Assembly (NCBI GenBank): GCA_963782055.1
Contig: CAWAIF010000003.1
Location: 2,848,001-2,912,000, forward strand
Direction: 5' to 3'
Origin: an uncultured delta proteobacterium
GTDB lineage: Bacteria; Myxococcota_A; Polyangia; Polyangiales; Polyangiaceae
Length of the DNA stretch: 64,000 nt
Shown: positions 18,343 to 28,832 of the stretch, piece by piece
Layout of the letters: every line of letters starts with the position of its first letter
How positions within the stretch are numbered: position 1 is the first letter of the stretch
The notes under the pieces: model-generated
What the model saw: only the letters and a program-made list of their open reading frames with translations
What the model was told of the DNA's origin: nothing
Database searches by the model: none
Position numbers and translations under genes: made by a program

Positions 18343-19215
18343 TCACTCCACGTTCTGCACCTGCTCGCGCATCCGCTCGATTTCCGCTTTCATGTCCACC
18401 ACCGCGTGGGCGATGGAGGCGTCGGCGCTCTTCGACCCGATGGTGTTCACCTCGCGCGTGAGCTCCTGGAGCAGGAAGTCGATCTTGCGGCCGATGGGCC
18501 CGCTCTCGACCAGCAGGCCGGCGAGCTGGTCGGTGTGGATGCCGAGGCGCGTCAGCTCCTCGGCGATGTCGGAGCGGTCGGCGAAGAGGGCGATCTCCTG
18601 CTCCAGGCGCGTCTCGTCGAGCTGGGCGTCCAGGGAGGCGCGGAGCCGGTCGGCGCGCTCCTTCAGGCGCTTGCGGTGCTGCTCGACCACCTCCGGGGCG
18701 CGCTTGGTCACGGCCGCGGCGATGCCCCGCAGCACGTCCACGCGCGCCCCGAGGTCGCGCGCGAGCGCCTGGCCCTCGCGCTCGCGCATGGTGTCGAGCT
18801 CGTCGGCGGCGGAGGTGAAGGCCGCCCGCAGCGCCTCGCGCACCGGGCCCTGCGAGTCGCCCTCGGCCGCCGCGAAGAGGTCGGGGACGAGCGAGAGGAG
18901 GGAGAGCGGCACCTGCGCCCCGGGGGCCAGCTCGTCGCGCAGGGCGGTGAGCTCGGCCCAGGCGGCGCGGGCGCGGGCGCGGTCGAGCCTCGGCGCGCCG
19001 AGGGCCACGCCGTCCACGCGGACCGCGACCTCCACCCGACCGCGCGAGAGGCGCTCGCGGCACAGGTGCTCGACGAAGCCGGCGAGGTCGAGCAGCTCGC
19101 GCGGCATGCGCACCCGGACGTCGAGGAAGCGGTGGTTCAGCGCGCGGATGTCGACCGAGACCTTGCCGGTGCCGACAGGGTGCTCCCCCCCTCCGAAGCC
19201 GGTCATGCTCCGCAT
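18343..19215 (-). CDS. yicC: YicC/YloC family endoribonuclease
   Basis: MRSMTGFG, NHRFLD, DIAEELTRL, GRKIDFLLQE...REVNTIGSK, REQVQNVE. Confidence 0.95.
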   Translation of the reverse strand: MRSMTGFGGGEHPVGTGKVSVDIRALNHRFLDVRVRMPRELLDLAGFVEHLCRERLSRGRVEVAVRVDGVALGAPRLDRARARAAWAELTALRDELAPGAQVPLSLLSLVPDLFAAAEGDSQGPVREALRAAFTSAADELDTMREREGQALARDLGARVDVLRGIAAAVTKRAPEVVEQHRKRLKERADRLRASLDAQLDETRLEQEIALFADRSDIAEELTRLGIHTDQLAGLLVESGPIGRKIDFLLQELTREVNTIGSKSADASIAHAVVDMKAEIERMREQVQNVE

Positions 19216-19326
19216 GAAGATTAGCCTACCGCCAGCATATGGTTGAGGCGGCCCGCCGTCCACCCCGGAGGCGCGCTTTTGGCGGCTGGCCCCGCGGGAG
19301 CGCCAGACCTCAGCGTCGACGTCCTC

Positions 19327-19839
19327 TCAGCCGAGGCCCTTCTTTCGCTTGATGATCTCCATCATGCGACCGTACTCCACGTCCCACTCGCGCGAGCCTT
19401 CCTTGACGTGCTTGAGCTGCGCGCGGACCTCGCCGTCGAGCTCGCCGTCGGCGTTCATGTGCTTCTTGAAGATGGGGGCCATCTTCCGGCGCAGCACGAC
19501 GTCCTCGGAGTAGATCTCGTCGACGTTGCTGGAGTGGCCGAAGATCTCGACGACCTGGTCGAGCAGGTAGTCGAGCGCATCCTCCCCCACCTTGATGCCC
19601 TTGGAGTCCGCCACCTGGGCGCGCACGCGGTTGAAGTCCCCGCCGGAGCGGCCGGTGCGGTCGAGCAGCTCACGGGTGCGCTCGTTCACCTCCTTCTCCG
19701 TCTGCACGTACTGGCGGAGCACGGCCTCGACGTCGAGCTCTACCTCGCGAGGGTTCTCCGCTTCGATGTCGCCCGCGGCGAGGAGGGTACGGACGACCTC
19801 GCTGGCTATGGGCCCGATCCGTCCTGCAAAGAGTCGCAT
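19327..19839 (-). CDS. DUF507 family protein
   Basis: MRLFAGRIGPIA...VDEIYSEDVVLRRK...EGSREWDVEY...KKGL; typical yicC-gmk context. Confidence 0.8.
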   Translation of the reverse strand: MRLFAGRIGPIASEVVRTLLAAGDIEAENPREVELDVEAVLRQYVQTEKEVNERTRELLDRTGRSGGDFNRVRAQVADSKGIKVGEDALDYLLDQVVEIFGHSSNVDEIYSEDVVLRRKMAPIFKKHMNADGELDGEVRAQLKHVKEGSREWDVEYGRMMEIIKRKKGLG

Positions 19840-19899
19840 GTGGCCTACGCTACCTCGGCCCGGTCCAAGCGCTCTCCCTTTTTTGGTATCGTCGTGCGG

Positions 19900-20979
19900 A
19901 TGGCGACCTGCGCGTGGTGCATGGCGAAGATGGCCGACGCGCGGGCGCCCTGCCCGAGCTGCGGGCGGAGCTCCGACGATCTCATCGCGGGCGACGGTCC
20001 CGCCCTGGAGCCGTCCTCCCCCGCCATGGTGGTGCCCGACCTGGTGATCCCACAGCCGCGCGCCTCCAGGCCCGCGCTGGCCGCGCCGACGCCGGCGGTC
20101 CCGCCGCCCGCGCCCTCCGGGCCGAGCGCCTTCGACGACGAGGACCTCGGCGGCGGGGCGGACCTGCAGCTCGACCTGAGCGGCGCCGTCGCCGCGCCGC
20201 CGAAGCCGGCGGTCACCTCGCCGGCCACCGGCGGAGGCTTCAGTCCCTTCGACGACGACGAGATGATGGGCAGCGGCGTCTCGCTGGACCTGGACATGAG
20301 CGGCGGCGGGCTCCCGCCCCGCATCTCCGGCGCCTCGCTGCCGCCGGCGGTCTCCTCCGGGAGCCTGCCGCCTTCGCCGGTCTCCCAGCGCTCCCTGCCG
20401 CCGGTCTCGCAGCGATCGCTGCCGCCTGCCGCCGACGCCTCCCCGGGGACCGCGCCGGGGGTGGACCCCTTCGAGGCGCGCGCGCTGGCGGACTTCGGCC
20501 CTCCGCCGGACGTCTTCTGGCGCGCGCCGATGTACGCCCTCCGCGTGGTGCGCCGCCGGGCGGAGCTGCGCCGCGCGCTCGCCCTGCGCAAGGACGAGTC
20601 CGCCGACGCCGCGCGCCGGGCCGAGGACGCCCTCGTCGCCTTCGCCGAGCGGGCGCGACCGATCGCCGAGAGCGCGGGCGGACGGGGCCTGGATGACGTG
20701 CGGGCGGCGGAGGACCTGATGCGCGGCCGCGACTCGGCGCTCGCCGCCGAGATGGATGCCCACAAGGGAGCGCTCGCGGAGGTGGACGCGCGCCTGGCGC
20801 CCGTCGAGGCGGAGCTCGCCGCGGCGAAACAGGAGGAGGAGAAGATCGCGCGGGAGCTCGCCGCGGCCGAGGAGGTCAGGAGGCGCGCGGAGGCGAAGGT
20901 GAAGCGCGCGGAGATCGAGATCCGCAACGCCACGCAGCTCCTGGCGTCGCGCCGCGCCCCGCAGGGGGCGCCGCAGTGA
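19900..20979 (+). CDS. Zn-ribbon / low-complexity / coiled-coil protein
   Basis: CAWC...CPSCG at the N-terminus, Pro/Ser repeats (SLPP), C-terminal heptad helix. Confidence 0.72.
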   Translation: MATCAWCMAKMADARAPCPSCGRSSDDLIAGDGPALEPSSPAMVVPDLVIPQPRASRPALAAPTPAVPPPAPSGPSAFDDEDLGGGADLQLDLSGAVAAPPKPAVTSPATGGGFSPFDDDEMMGSGVSLDLDMSGGGLPPRISGASLPPAVSSGSLPPSPVSQRSLPPVSQRSLPPAADASPGTAPGVDPFEARALADFGPPPDVFWRAPMYALRVVRRRAELRRALALRKDESADAARRAEDALVAFAERARPIAESAGGRGLDDVRAAEDLMRGRDSALAAEMDAHKGALAEVDARLAPVEAELAAAKQEEEKIARELAAAEEVRRRAEAKVKRAEIEIRNATQLLASRRAPQGAPQ

Positions 20980-21527
20980 GCCAGTCCGGGGCGAGCGACG
21001 CCGCGCTGGAGGCGCAGATCGCCGCGCGCACGGCCGAGCGCGATGGCTTCGCCGCGGAGGTCCGCGCGCAGGAGGCGGTCGTGGCCGAGGTGCAGAACCG
21101 GCTGACGGCGGCGCGCCGGCGCGTGGCCGACGCGCAGGGGCGGGTCAACGCGCTGCGCGGGGAGCGCAAGGCGCTGGAGGATCGCTTCGGCCGGCAGGTG
21201 GGCACGCGGTCGGAGGGGGTGGAGGAGGCGCGGCGGCACCTGCGCCTCGCCCTCGCCGGCTTCGCCCGCGCCGCCATCATGGACCAGTCCGCGTACGGGG
21301 CGGACTTCGACGCCGCGCGGGAGGAGGTCAATCGCGCCGCCGACCTCGCCGCGCGCAAGGCGAGGGACGTCTCGCTCCACGAGGCGGCGCTGGAGTCGCA
21401 CGACCGCTCCAAGGTGACCCTCGGCTTCGTGCTCGCAGGCGCCGCCGTCGTGCTGGTGCTGGTGCTGCTGCTCTTCCCCTTCCTCTACCGCGCGGTGGTG
21501 GTGCCCGGCTCACCGGCGGCGCCGTGA
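20976..21527 (+). CDS. Coiled-coil protein with C-terminal TM anchor
   Basis: GTGA overlap with the upstream gene; heptad helices; LGFVLAGAAVVLVLVLLLFPFLY. Confidence 0.72.
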   Translation: MSQSGASDAALEAQIAARTAERDGFAAEVRAQEAVVAEVQNRLTAARRRVADAQGRVNALRGERKALEDRFGRQVGTRSEGVEEARRHLRLALAGFARAAIMDQSAYGADFDAAREEVNRAADLAARKARDVSLHEAALESHDRSKVTLGFVLAGAAVVLVLVLLLFPFLYRAVVVPGSPAAP

Positions 21528-22709
21528 CGGCGGGGGCGTGCTCTTGGGCGGGGGCGCCCTGGAGGGCGTGCTGCGCGGCGGGGGCGCCTTCGAGGGCGCG
21601 GGGCGCGATGGCGCCGGCTTCTCGACGGCCGGCGGCGTCGCGGGGGAGCGCACCAGCCTCGGCTCCCGCAGCCCCATCTGCAGCCGCCGCATGACGGCGC
21701 GCTTCTGCCGCTCCTTGTACTTGGCGTGGGAGGCCTCGCCGCGCTCGTTCTTCGCCTCCGTCTCGCGGTCGATGACCTGGAACTCGCAGATGACGAAGAC
21801 GACAGGCGCGAGCGGCCACGCGCTGCTCGGCGCGCGCTCCAGCATCTCGCGCGGGAGGCGGATGGGCATGTCCACGACGAAGTGGATGACGCGGTAGCTG
21901 TCCGCGCTGAAGCGGTTGTCGCTGGGGGTGAGGTCGTCGTCCTTGCCGCCCTGCATGCTCGGCAGCATCGGCCGCAGGTTCGGGTGCTTCTCCGCGTAGC
22001 CGCGGATGTGGAACATCGAGTTGATGCTCTCGCCCGGGATGACGTAGTTGAACGGGAAGAGGTGCGTCGTCAGGTACTGCATGACGGAGAAGATGTCCTC
22101 GTAGCTGCGCGTGACGATGCGGAAGCGCAGCTTGTCGTAGATCTGCGCCGCCACCGTCTCCTGCTTGGAGAGGAGCTTGGTGTAGAGCGAGTCCTTGTTC
22201 TTCCGGCCGCCGACGAACTCCAGGATGGGGAAGCCGTGGGCGAGCATGCCGCCGATGACCCGGTAGACCTTCTCCTCCACCATGTGGAAGACCTCCTGGT
22301 CGGAGAGCGGCAGCATGAACAGCAGCTCGCGCCCCTCCAGGTGGTGGATGATGTGCATGCACTTGAGGATGGTGCACGCGCACGTCTGGCGGTGCCCGCG
22401 CGTCGAGGCGACGAGCATCAGCTCCTCGATCGTGGCCCGCTCGATGGGCTTGGGGATCGGGAACTCGAAGTGGCGGCGCAGGTAGTCGATCGCCTCCTTC
22501 TTGATGGCGTCGATGCGCCGCCGGTCAGCCGGCTCGTCGGGGTGGAACTCCTGCGCGCGCAAGAACTCGTCCACCTGCGCCTCGTCCTTGAAGTCCAGGC
22601 GATGCCAGTCGATGACGGAGTCACCCCGGAGGACGAGGCGCACGGCCTCCAGGTCCATCAGGGTGAACTCGTCGAGCCGCTTGAGCCGCTCGCTCGGGGT
22701 CGCTGCCAT
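21510..22709 (-). CDS. TIGR04552-like protein with RelA/SpoT-type nucleotidyltransferase motifs
   Basis: LRGDSVIDWHRL N-terminus; RKNKDSLYTKLLSK, IYDKLRFRIV, YRVIHF, EFQVID, SHAKYK. Confidence 0.82.
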   Translation of the reverse strand: MAATPSERLKRLDEFTLMDLEAVRLVLRGDSVIDWHRLDFKDEAQVDEFLRAQEFHPDEPADRRRIDAIKKEAIDYLRRHFEFPIPKPIERATIEELMLVASTRGHRQTCACTILKCMHIIHHLEGRELLFMLPLSDQEVFHMVEEKVYRVIGGMLAHGFPILEFVGGRKNKDSLYTKLLSKQETVAAQIYDKLRFRIVTRSYEDIFSVMQYLTTHLFPFNYVIPGESINSMFHIRGYAEKHPNLRPMLPSMQGGKDDDLTPSDNRFSADSYRVIHFVVDMPIRLPREMLERAPSSAWPLAPVVFVICEFQVIDRETEAKNERGEASHAKYKERQKRAVMRRLQMGLREPRLVRSPATPPAVEKPAPSRPAPSKAPPPRSTPSRAPPPKSTPPPSRRRR

Positions 22710-22737
22710 GGTGCAGGCTGTGGCGTATACCACGCGG

Positions 22738-23613
22738 GTGCGTTCCACGCGTGGCGAGCGAGAGGCGAGGCGGCTGACGGCCGTCGGCGAGGCCCTGGAG
22801 GCCGTGCGCCGGCGCTGCGACGTGCCGACCCGTCTCGCCGCCGATCCGGTCGGGATCGTGCGGCGCTTCGAGACGCCGGAGGATCGCGAGATCGTCGGGC
22901 TCCTCGCCGCGTGCATCGCCTTCGGCAAGGTGGCGTCCATCCGCCACAAGCTGGAGGACGCGCTGGCGCGGCTGGGGCCGAGCCCGGCCCGGGCTGCCGA
23001 CGACGCCGCCGGGACGGCCCGGCGGCTTCGCGGGTGGGTGCACCGCGTCTTCCGGGGGGAAGACATCGCCCGCCTGCTCGTCGGCGCGCGCCGTGTCCAG
23101 CGCGCGGAGGGCTCGCTGGGGCGCGCCTTCGCCTCGGCCCTGCGCGCGCGGGGGGAGCTGCGCCCCGCGCTCGCCCACTTCTGCGAGGCCATCCGGGAGG
23201 CGGGGGGGCTGCGGCCGCTCCCCGGGCGCCGCGGTCCCTCGCACCTGCTGCCTGACCCGATGGGCGGGGGAGGGAGCAAGCGCCTGCTGCTCTACCTCCG
23301 CTGGATGGTCCGCCCCGCCGACGGCGTCGACCTCGGGCTGTGGGACGTGCCCGCCGGCGTCCTCATCTGCCCGGTGGACACCCACATCCACAAGCTCGGC
23401 CGTAACCTCGGCTTCACCCGCCGCCGCGCCGTGACCTGGCAGACCGCGGAGGAGATCACCGCCGGCCTGGCGCGCTACGACGCCGCCGACCCTGTGAAGT
23501 ACGACTTCGCCCTCTGCCACATGGGGATGCTCCAGCGGTGCCCATCGCGCCGGGAGGCAGCCCGGTGCGAGGGTTGCGGGGTCAAGAGTGTCTGCCGCCA
23601 CTGGGCGCGATAA
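22738..23613 (+). CDS. TIGR02757-like HhH-GPD / endonuclease III superfamily protein
   Basis: DPVGIV, DREIVG, KRLLLYLRWMVR, DLGLW, PVDTH, DPVKYDFAL, C-terminal C...CEGC...C cluster. Start uncertain (22708-22738). Confidence 0.85.
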   Translation: MRSTRGEREARRLTAVGEALEAVRRRCDVPTRLAADPVGIVRRFETPEDREIVGLLAACIAFGKVASIRHKLEDALARLGPSPARAADDAAGTARRLRGWVHRVFRGEDIARLLVGARRVQRAEGSLGRAFASALRARGELRPALAHFCEAIREAGGLRPLPGRRGPSHLLPDPMGGGGSKRLLLYLRWMVRPADGVDLGLWDVPAGVLICPVDTHIHKLGRNLGFTRRRAVTWQTAEEITAGLARYDAADPVKYDFALCHMGMLQRCPSRREAARCEGCGVKSVCRHWAR

Positions 23614-23697
23614 TCCGCTTGGCGGCGGCGCCAGGGCGTGAGACCGTCGCACCAAGGCTCCGCGTCGCCACGCGACCGGGCCCGCGCACCATCGCTC

Positions 23698-24828
23698 ATG
23701 GCTCCGGAGGCAAAAGAGTTCTCGCTCGACGCGGTGCGCACCGACGGCTGGTTCGAGCGCATCGGCGAGGGCATCGGCAGCTTCCAGGCGCTCTGCGAGA
23801 TCGTCGGGGAGCGCTTCTTCGCCTTCTCCATCATCGTCGGCGCGCGCATCACCGCGCTGACCGTGGACCGCCGCGCGCCCGACCAGACGCTGGTCGACTT
23901 CGTCGTGGGGCTGGGGGAGGTGGACACCGACCTCGAGCCGCAGCGCCTCACCCTCGCCGACTTCCGTCGCCGCCTCGTCGGCGCGCTGCTCGTCGAGGAG
24001 GACCGCGATCAGCCGCGTCCCACCCGCGAGACGGACACCGAGGCCATCCAGCTCTTCATCGGCGTGCGCTACCTGCTGCTCGCGCCGCTCTACGGCTACT
24101 CGCTGCGCACGCTGGTGGTGCCCGGTGACGACGACGAGCCCGCGCGCGTGCTGCTCTCGCGCGACGGCGCCGACGAGGAGTACGACCTCGACGCCTTCCG
24201 CATGCGCGTGCGCGCGCACGTGCGCGAGGAGCTGGAGCGCACGACCGCCGGACAGCGGAGCGCCATCGACCTCTCCAAGGTGGCCGAGGCGGAGTCCGCC
24301 GCCCTGCGCGGCGAGTGGGCACGCGTGGTGCAGCTCCTCGGCGCGTGGCCGGCCCCGCTCGCCATCTTCCTGCGCACGCCGGAGGGCCAGCTCCTCGCCC
24401 CCGACGCCCGCGCGCTCATCTCGAAGGGGCTCGGCCTGCTCGGCTCGGCGTGCGTGCACCTCGGGGAGGTCGAGCAGGCGGAGGAGGTCTTCCGCATCGG
24501 CATCCAGTACGCGCAGGAGGGCATGGCCGCGGCCGATCTGTTCCGCCGGCTGGGCGAGGCGCTCCTCAAGAGCGAGCGCCCCGGCGAGGCGGTGGGCCCG
24601 CTGCGTCGCGCGGTCGCCTTCGGCGGCGCGCGCGTGGACGTGATGCCGCTGCTCGGCCGCGCCTTCGTCGCCCGCAAGCGCTACGTCGCCGCCTACGCCT
24701 GCCTGCGCGAGGCCATCGCCGCCGGCGCCTCCGAGCGCGACTTCACCGACGAGCTGCGCGAGATCGAGAACGCCCTGGGCCCCGCGCTCACCGCGTTGAA
24801 GGCCATGCGCCTCGCCCGGCCGGCGTGA
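23698..24828 (+). CDS. TPR-containing conserved protein
   Basis: C-terminal TPR-like repeats (LGSACVHLGEVEQAEEVF, LGEALLKSERPGEAVGPL, LGRAFVARKRYVAAYACL). Confidence 0.8.
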   Translation: MAPEAKEFSLDAVRTDGWFERIGEGIGSFQALCEIVGERFFAFSIIVGARITALTVDRRAPDQTLVDFVVGLGEVDTDLEPQRLTLADFRRRLVGALLVEEDRDQPRPTRETDTEAIQLFIGVRYLLLAPLYGYSLRTLVVPGDDDEPARVLLSRDGADEEYDLDAFRMRVRAHVREELERTTAGQRSAIDLSKVAEAESAALRGEWARVVQLLGAWPAPLAIFLRTPEGQLLAPDARALISKGLGLLGSACVHLGEVEQAEEVFRIGIQYAQEGMAAADLFRRLGEALLKSERPGEAVGPLRRAVAFGGARVDVMPLLGRAFVARKRYVAAYACLREAIAAGASERDFTDELREIENALGPALTALKAMRLARPA

Positions 24829-24932
24829 CTCGTCCCGGCCGCGGGTAGGCAGGGTTGCAGCGGGCCCTGGTTGGCGCGACAATTCTTCGGCTGCCGCGTG
24901 ACGGGACGCGGGGCGGCTGAAGGAGGCTCGTC

Positions 24933-26741
24933 ATGCGCTTGCGCGGCTGGATGTGTGTGGGCTCCGCGCTGCTCTGCTTTGCTTGCGGCGGCAACGGCGA
25001 CAACCCGTTCGCGGACGGAGGAGGGGTGCCGGACGGCGGGAGCGTCGACGGCGACGTGGGCGACGCGCCGCAGTTCGGCGGCGGCGACGCGGAGGCGGGC
25101 TCCGGCTGCACCAAGTGCTCCGGCGACCTCCACAGCGTCCTCGACTGCAACGACGACCACGTCATCCAGACGTGCTCAGGTAACCAGGGCTGCGGGCCGG
25201 GCGGGTGCATCGACGCGTGCGCGAGCGCCGCCGCCAACAAGAGCTCCATCGGCTGCGACTACTACGCCATTCCCGCCGACGGATGGAGCAACATCCCCGA
25301 GTTCAACGCCGGCACGAGCGACGGCTCCTGCTTCGCCGCGTTCGTCACCAACAACTGGGGCGCGCCGATGAAGGTGAGCCTCCAGTTCGACGGGCAGACG
25401 ATCGACGGCACCGCCCACGCGTACATCCCGCAGGGCAAGGGCAACAACATCACCTACCAGGCGGTGCCGCAGACCGGCATCCCGCCGAACCAGATGGCGA
25501 TCGTCTTCCTCGCGCAGTACGGCGGGGCGGCCGCCTTCAAGACGCTGTGCCCGACCTCGGTGAGCCCCGCCATCACCAGCGTCGACGTCGGCGTCCACGG
25601 CACCGGGCTCGGTCACGCGGTGCGCCTGCAGACCTCGGTGCCGGCGGTGGTCTACGACATCTACCCGTACGGCGGCGCGCTCAGCTACACCGCGAGCGCC
25701 ACGCTGCTCCTGCCCACCACCGCGTGGGACACCAACTACCTCGCCGTCACCGCCTGGCACGGCTTCGGCACCGGCTACTCGCGGCCGAGCAACGTCTCCA
25801 TCGTGGGCACCGAGGACAACACGCAGGTCACCATCAGCCCGACCGCCGCCATCGTCGCGCGGACCACCGGGCAGTACGGGACCGTGGCCGGCACGGGCAA
25901 GGGCGTGCCCCACACCTACACGCTCGGCCAGGGTCAGGTGCTGCAGTTCGTCCAGATGGAGGACCTGAGCGGCAGCCCCATCCAGTCGGACAAGCCCGTC
26001 GGCGTCTGGGGCGGCCACTACTGCATGAACATCCCCGACACCGCGGGCGCGTGCGACGCCGCGCACCAGGAGATCCCGCCGGTGAAGGCGCTCGGCCACG
26101 AGTACGTCGCGGTGGCGCACCGCCCGCGCTCGAACGGAGACAACCCGCCGTGGCGCATCCTGGGCGCGGTGGACGGCACGACGCTCACCTACGACCCGCA
26201 GGTCGCGGGCGCGCCGGCCACGCTGAGCAGCGGCCAGCTCGTCGAGTTCAACGCGACCGGGCCCTTCACGGTGAAGTCGCAGGACGACAAGCACCCGTTC
26301 TACCTCGCCGGCCACATGACCGGCGCGTCCGCCGGCGGGGGCGGCAGCCTGGGCGATCCGGAGACGGTCAACGTCATCCCGCCGGAGGAGTTCCTCGCCA
26401 ACTACATCTTCTTCACCGACCCCACCTACGCCGAGACCAACCTCGTGGTCATCCGCAAGAAGGCGCAGAACGGCTTCAGCGACGTCACGCTGGACTGTCT
26501 CGGCACCCTCACCGGGTGGCAGGCCGTGGGCGGCGGCGGGCAGTATGAGTACACCCGCGTCGACCTGCAGAAGGGGCACCAGCCGGTGGGCAACTGCGAC
26601 AACGGCCTGCACACCATGAAGAGCGACACGCCCTTCGGCATCACGGTGTGGGGCTTCGACACCACCGTCAGCTACGCGTACCCGGCGGGCGCCAGCGTCA
26701 AGCCCATCAACACCGTGGTGGTCCCCCCTGTCCCGAAGTGA
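24933..26741 (+). CDS. IgGFc-binding-protein-like lipoprotein
   Basis: Lipobox CFAC; SSIGCDYY, ASATLLLPTTAW, DLSGSPIQSDKPVGVWGG, QEIPPV..LG..Y, VSYAYPAG. Confidence 0.85.
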   Translation: MRLRGWMCVGSALLCFACGGNGDNPFADGGGVPDGGSVDGDVGDAPQFGGGDAEAGSGCTKCSGDLHSVLDCNDDHVIQTCSGNQGCGPGGCIDACASAAANKSSIGCDYYAIPADGWSNIPEFNAGTSDGSCFAAFVTNNWGAPMKVSLQFDGQTIDGTAHAYIPQGKGNNITYQAVPQTGIPPNQMAIVFLAQYGGAAAFKTLCPTSVSPAITSVDVGVHGTGLGHAVRLQTSVPAVVYDIYPYGGALSYTASATLLLPTTAWDTNYLAVTAWHGFGTGYSRPSNVSIVGTEDNTQVTISPTAAIVARTTGQYGTVAGTGKGVPHTYTLGQGQVLQFVQMEDLSGSPIQSDKPVGVWGGHYCMNIPDTAGACDAAHQEIPPVKALGHEYVAVAHRPRSNGDNPPWRILGAVDGTTLTYDPQVAGAPATLSSGQLVEFNATGPFTVKSQDDKHPFYLAGHMTGASAGGGGSLGDPETVNVIPPEEFLANYIFFTDPTYAETNLVVIRKKAQNGFSDVTLDCLGTLTGWQAVGGGGQYEYTRVDLQKGHQPVGNCDNGLHTMKSDTPFGITVWGFDTTVSYAYPAGASVKPINTVVVPPVPK

Positions 26742-26757
26742 GGCGAGCCGTACGCCG

Positions 26758-26802
26758 CTCCCCGCGGCCCCGCACGCGTGACGTGCGGCGGACCGCAGGG
26801 AG
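26758..26802. terminator. Imperfect inverted repeat between convergent genes
   Basis: CTCCC..CCGCACG-cgtga-CGTGCGG..GGGAG; no U-tract. Confidence 0.4.
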
Positions 26803-26821
26803 TGCGCGTGGCGCAGGGGCT

Positions 26822-27376
26822 CTACAGCAGCGAGATGTCCACCCGCCGGTCCTGGGCCCACGTGGACTCGTCGGTGCCGGTCGCGTCCAGCTTCCCGCGC
26901 GAGGTGGCCTGGAGCTGATGCTCCGCCACGCCTCGCGACTCGAGGTACTGGGCGACGCTGCCCGAGCGGTGTGCGCCGAGCACGAAGTTGTACTCGGTCT
27001 CGCCGCGCGGGTCCGCGCGGCCGATGAGCGCGACCGACCGCCCCTCGAGAGGCCCGGTCTTCAGGCACTCGGCGACCTTGTCCAGCAGGGTGTAGTCCTC
27101 GGGCATCAGGTCGGAGGTGTCGAAGTCGAAGTGCGGGGCGCGGCTCGCGACGGGCTGGTGCACCGCGGTGAGGTCGATCTTGCAGGCGGAGATGATCTCT
27201 CCGGACACCTTGAGGCGAGGCGTTCGGATCGGGGGGGTGGACGTCACGGTAAGCGTCGAGGTCGGCTCCGCGGCGGGCGGGGCCTCCTCGTGGGCGCACC
27301 CCAGCAGGGTGGTTCCGGCTGCGAGGACGATCGCCGCGCCGAACGAACGCACCCAGTGTGGCTGAGCGTTCTTCAT
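26822..27376 (-). CDS. OmpA/Pal-family peptidoglycan-associated lipoprotein
   Basis: Lipobox LLGC; HFDFD, GRADPRGETEYNFVLG..R, SRGKLDA, DRRVD. Confidence 0.9.
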   Translation of the reverse strand: MKNAQPHWVRSFGAAIVLAAGTTLLGCAHEEAPPAAEPTSTLTVTSTPPIRTPRLKVSGEIISACKIDLTAVHQPVASRAPHFDFDTSDLMPEDYTLLDKVAECLKTGPLEGRSVALIGRADPRGETEYNFVLGAHRSGSVAQYLESRGVAEHQLQATSRGKLDATGTDESTWAQDRRVDISLL

Positions 27377-27494
27377 GGCGGACTCCTTTCTTCCAGACGA
27401 GGGTGCATCCCACGTGCCACCGGTGAATTCACTTCATTGCCGCAGGGGCGGCGCGTGCCGCCCGTGCGATGAGGGGTGCATCCGTGCAGTCCCG

Positions 27495-27523
27495 TTGACA
27501 TCCCCAGCCCCTGCGACTACTCA
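27495..27523 (+). promoter_or_regulatory. Putative sigma70 promoter of the nuo operon
   Basis: TTGACA-17 nt-TACTCA upstream of nuoA; the -10 is imperfect. Confidence 0.45.
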
Positions 27524-27613
27524 CCCAGGGCGAGTGTCCACGCGAAAAGCCGGGAAAATTGCGTTGTCTGGCCCCGGCAGAGCCGCCCCCCGCCGTGGAC
27601 GTCGCGAGCCCGC

Positions 27614-27979
27614 ATGATCTTCGCCACCTACGCCCCCATCTTCCTCGTCATCGCCATCGCCTTCGTCCTGGCCCTGGTCTTCTTCTTCGGCCACGGGCTG
27701 CTCGGCAAGAAGGCGAAGTTCAGCGAGGAGCGCATGCAGCCGTACGAGTCGGGCTCCCCGAGCGACGGCGGTCAACACGTCAAGCTGAGCGTCAAGTTCT
27801 ACCTGACGGCCATCCTCTTCGTCGTCTTCGACATCGAGGTCGTCTTCATCTACCCGTGGGCGATCCACTTCAAGGAGCTCGGGTGGCTCGGGCTGGGGAG
27901 CATGGTCGGCTTCCTGACCGTCATCATCGTGGCCCTCGTGTACGTCTGGCGTAAGGGCGCCCTGGAGTGGGAGAGCTGA
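27614..27979 (+). CDS. nuoA: NADH-quinone oxidoreductase subunit A
   Basis: PYESG, KFYLTAILFVVFDIEVVFIYPWA, WRKGALEW. Confidence 0.96.
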   Translation: MIFATYAPIFLVIAIAFVLALVFFFGHGLLGKKAKFSEERMQPYESGSPSDGGQHVKLSVKFYLTAILFVVFDIEVVFIYPWAIHFKELGWLGLGSMVGFLTVIIVALVYVWRKGALEWES

Positions 27980-27980
27980 C

Positions 27981-28828
<848 letters not shown>

Positions 28829-28832
<4 letters not shown>

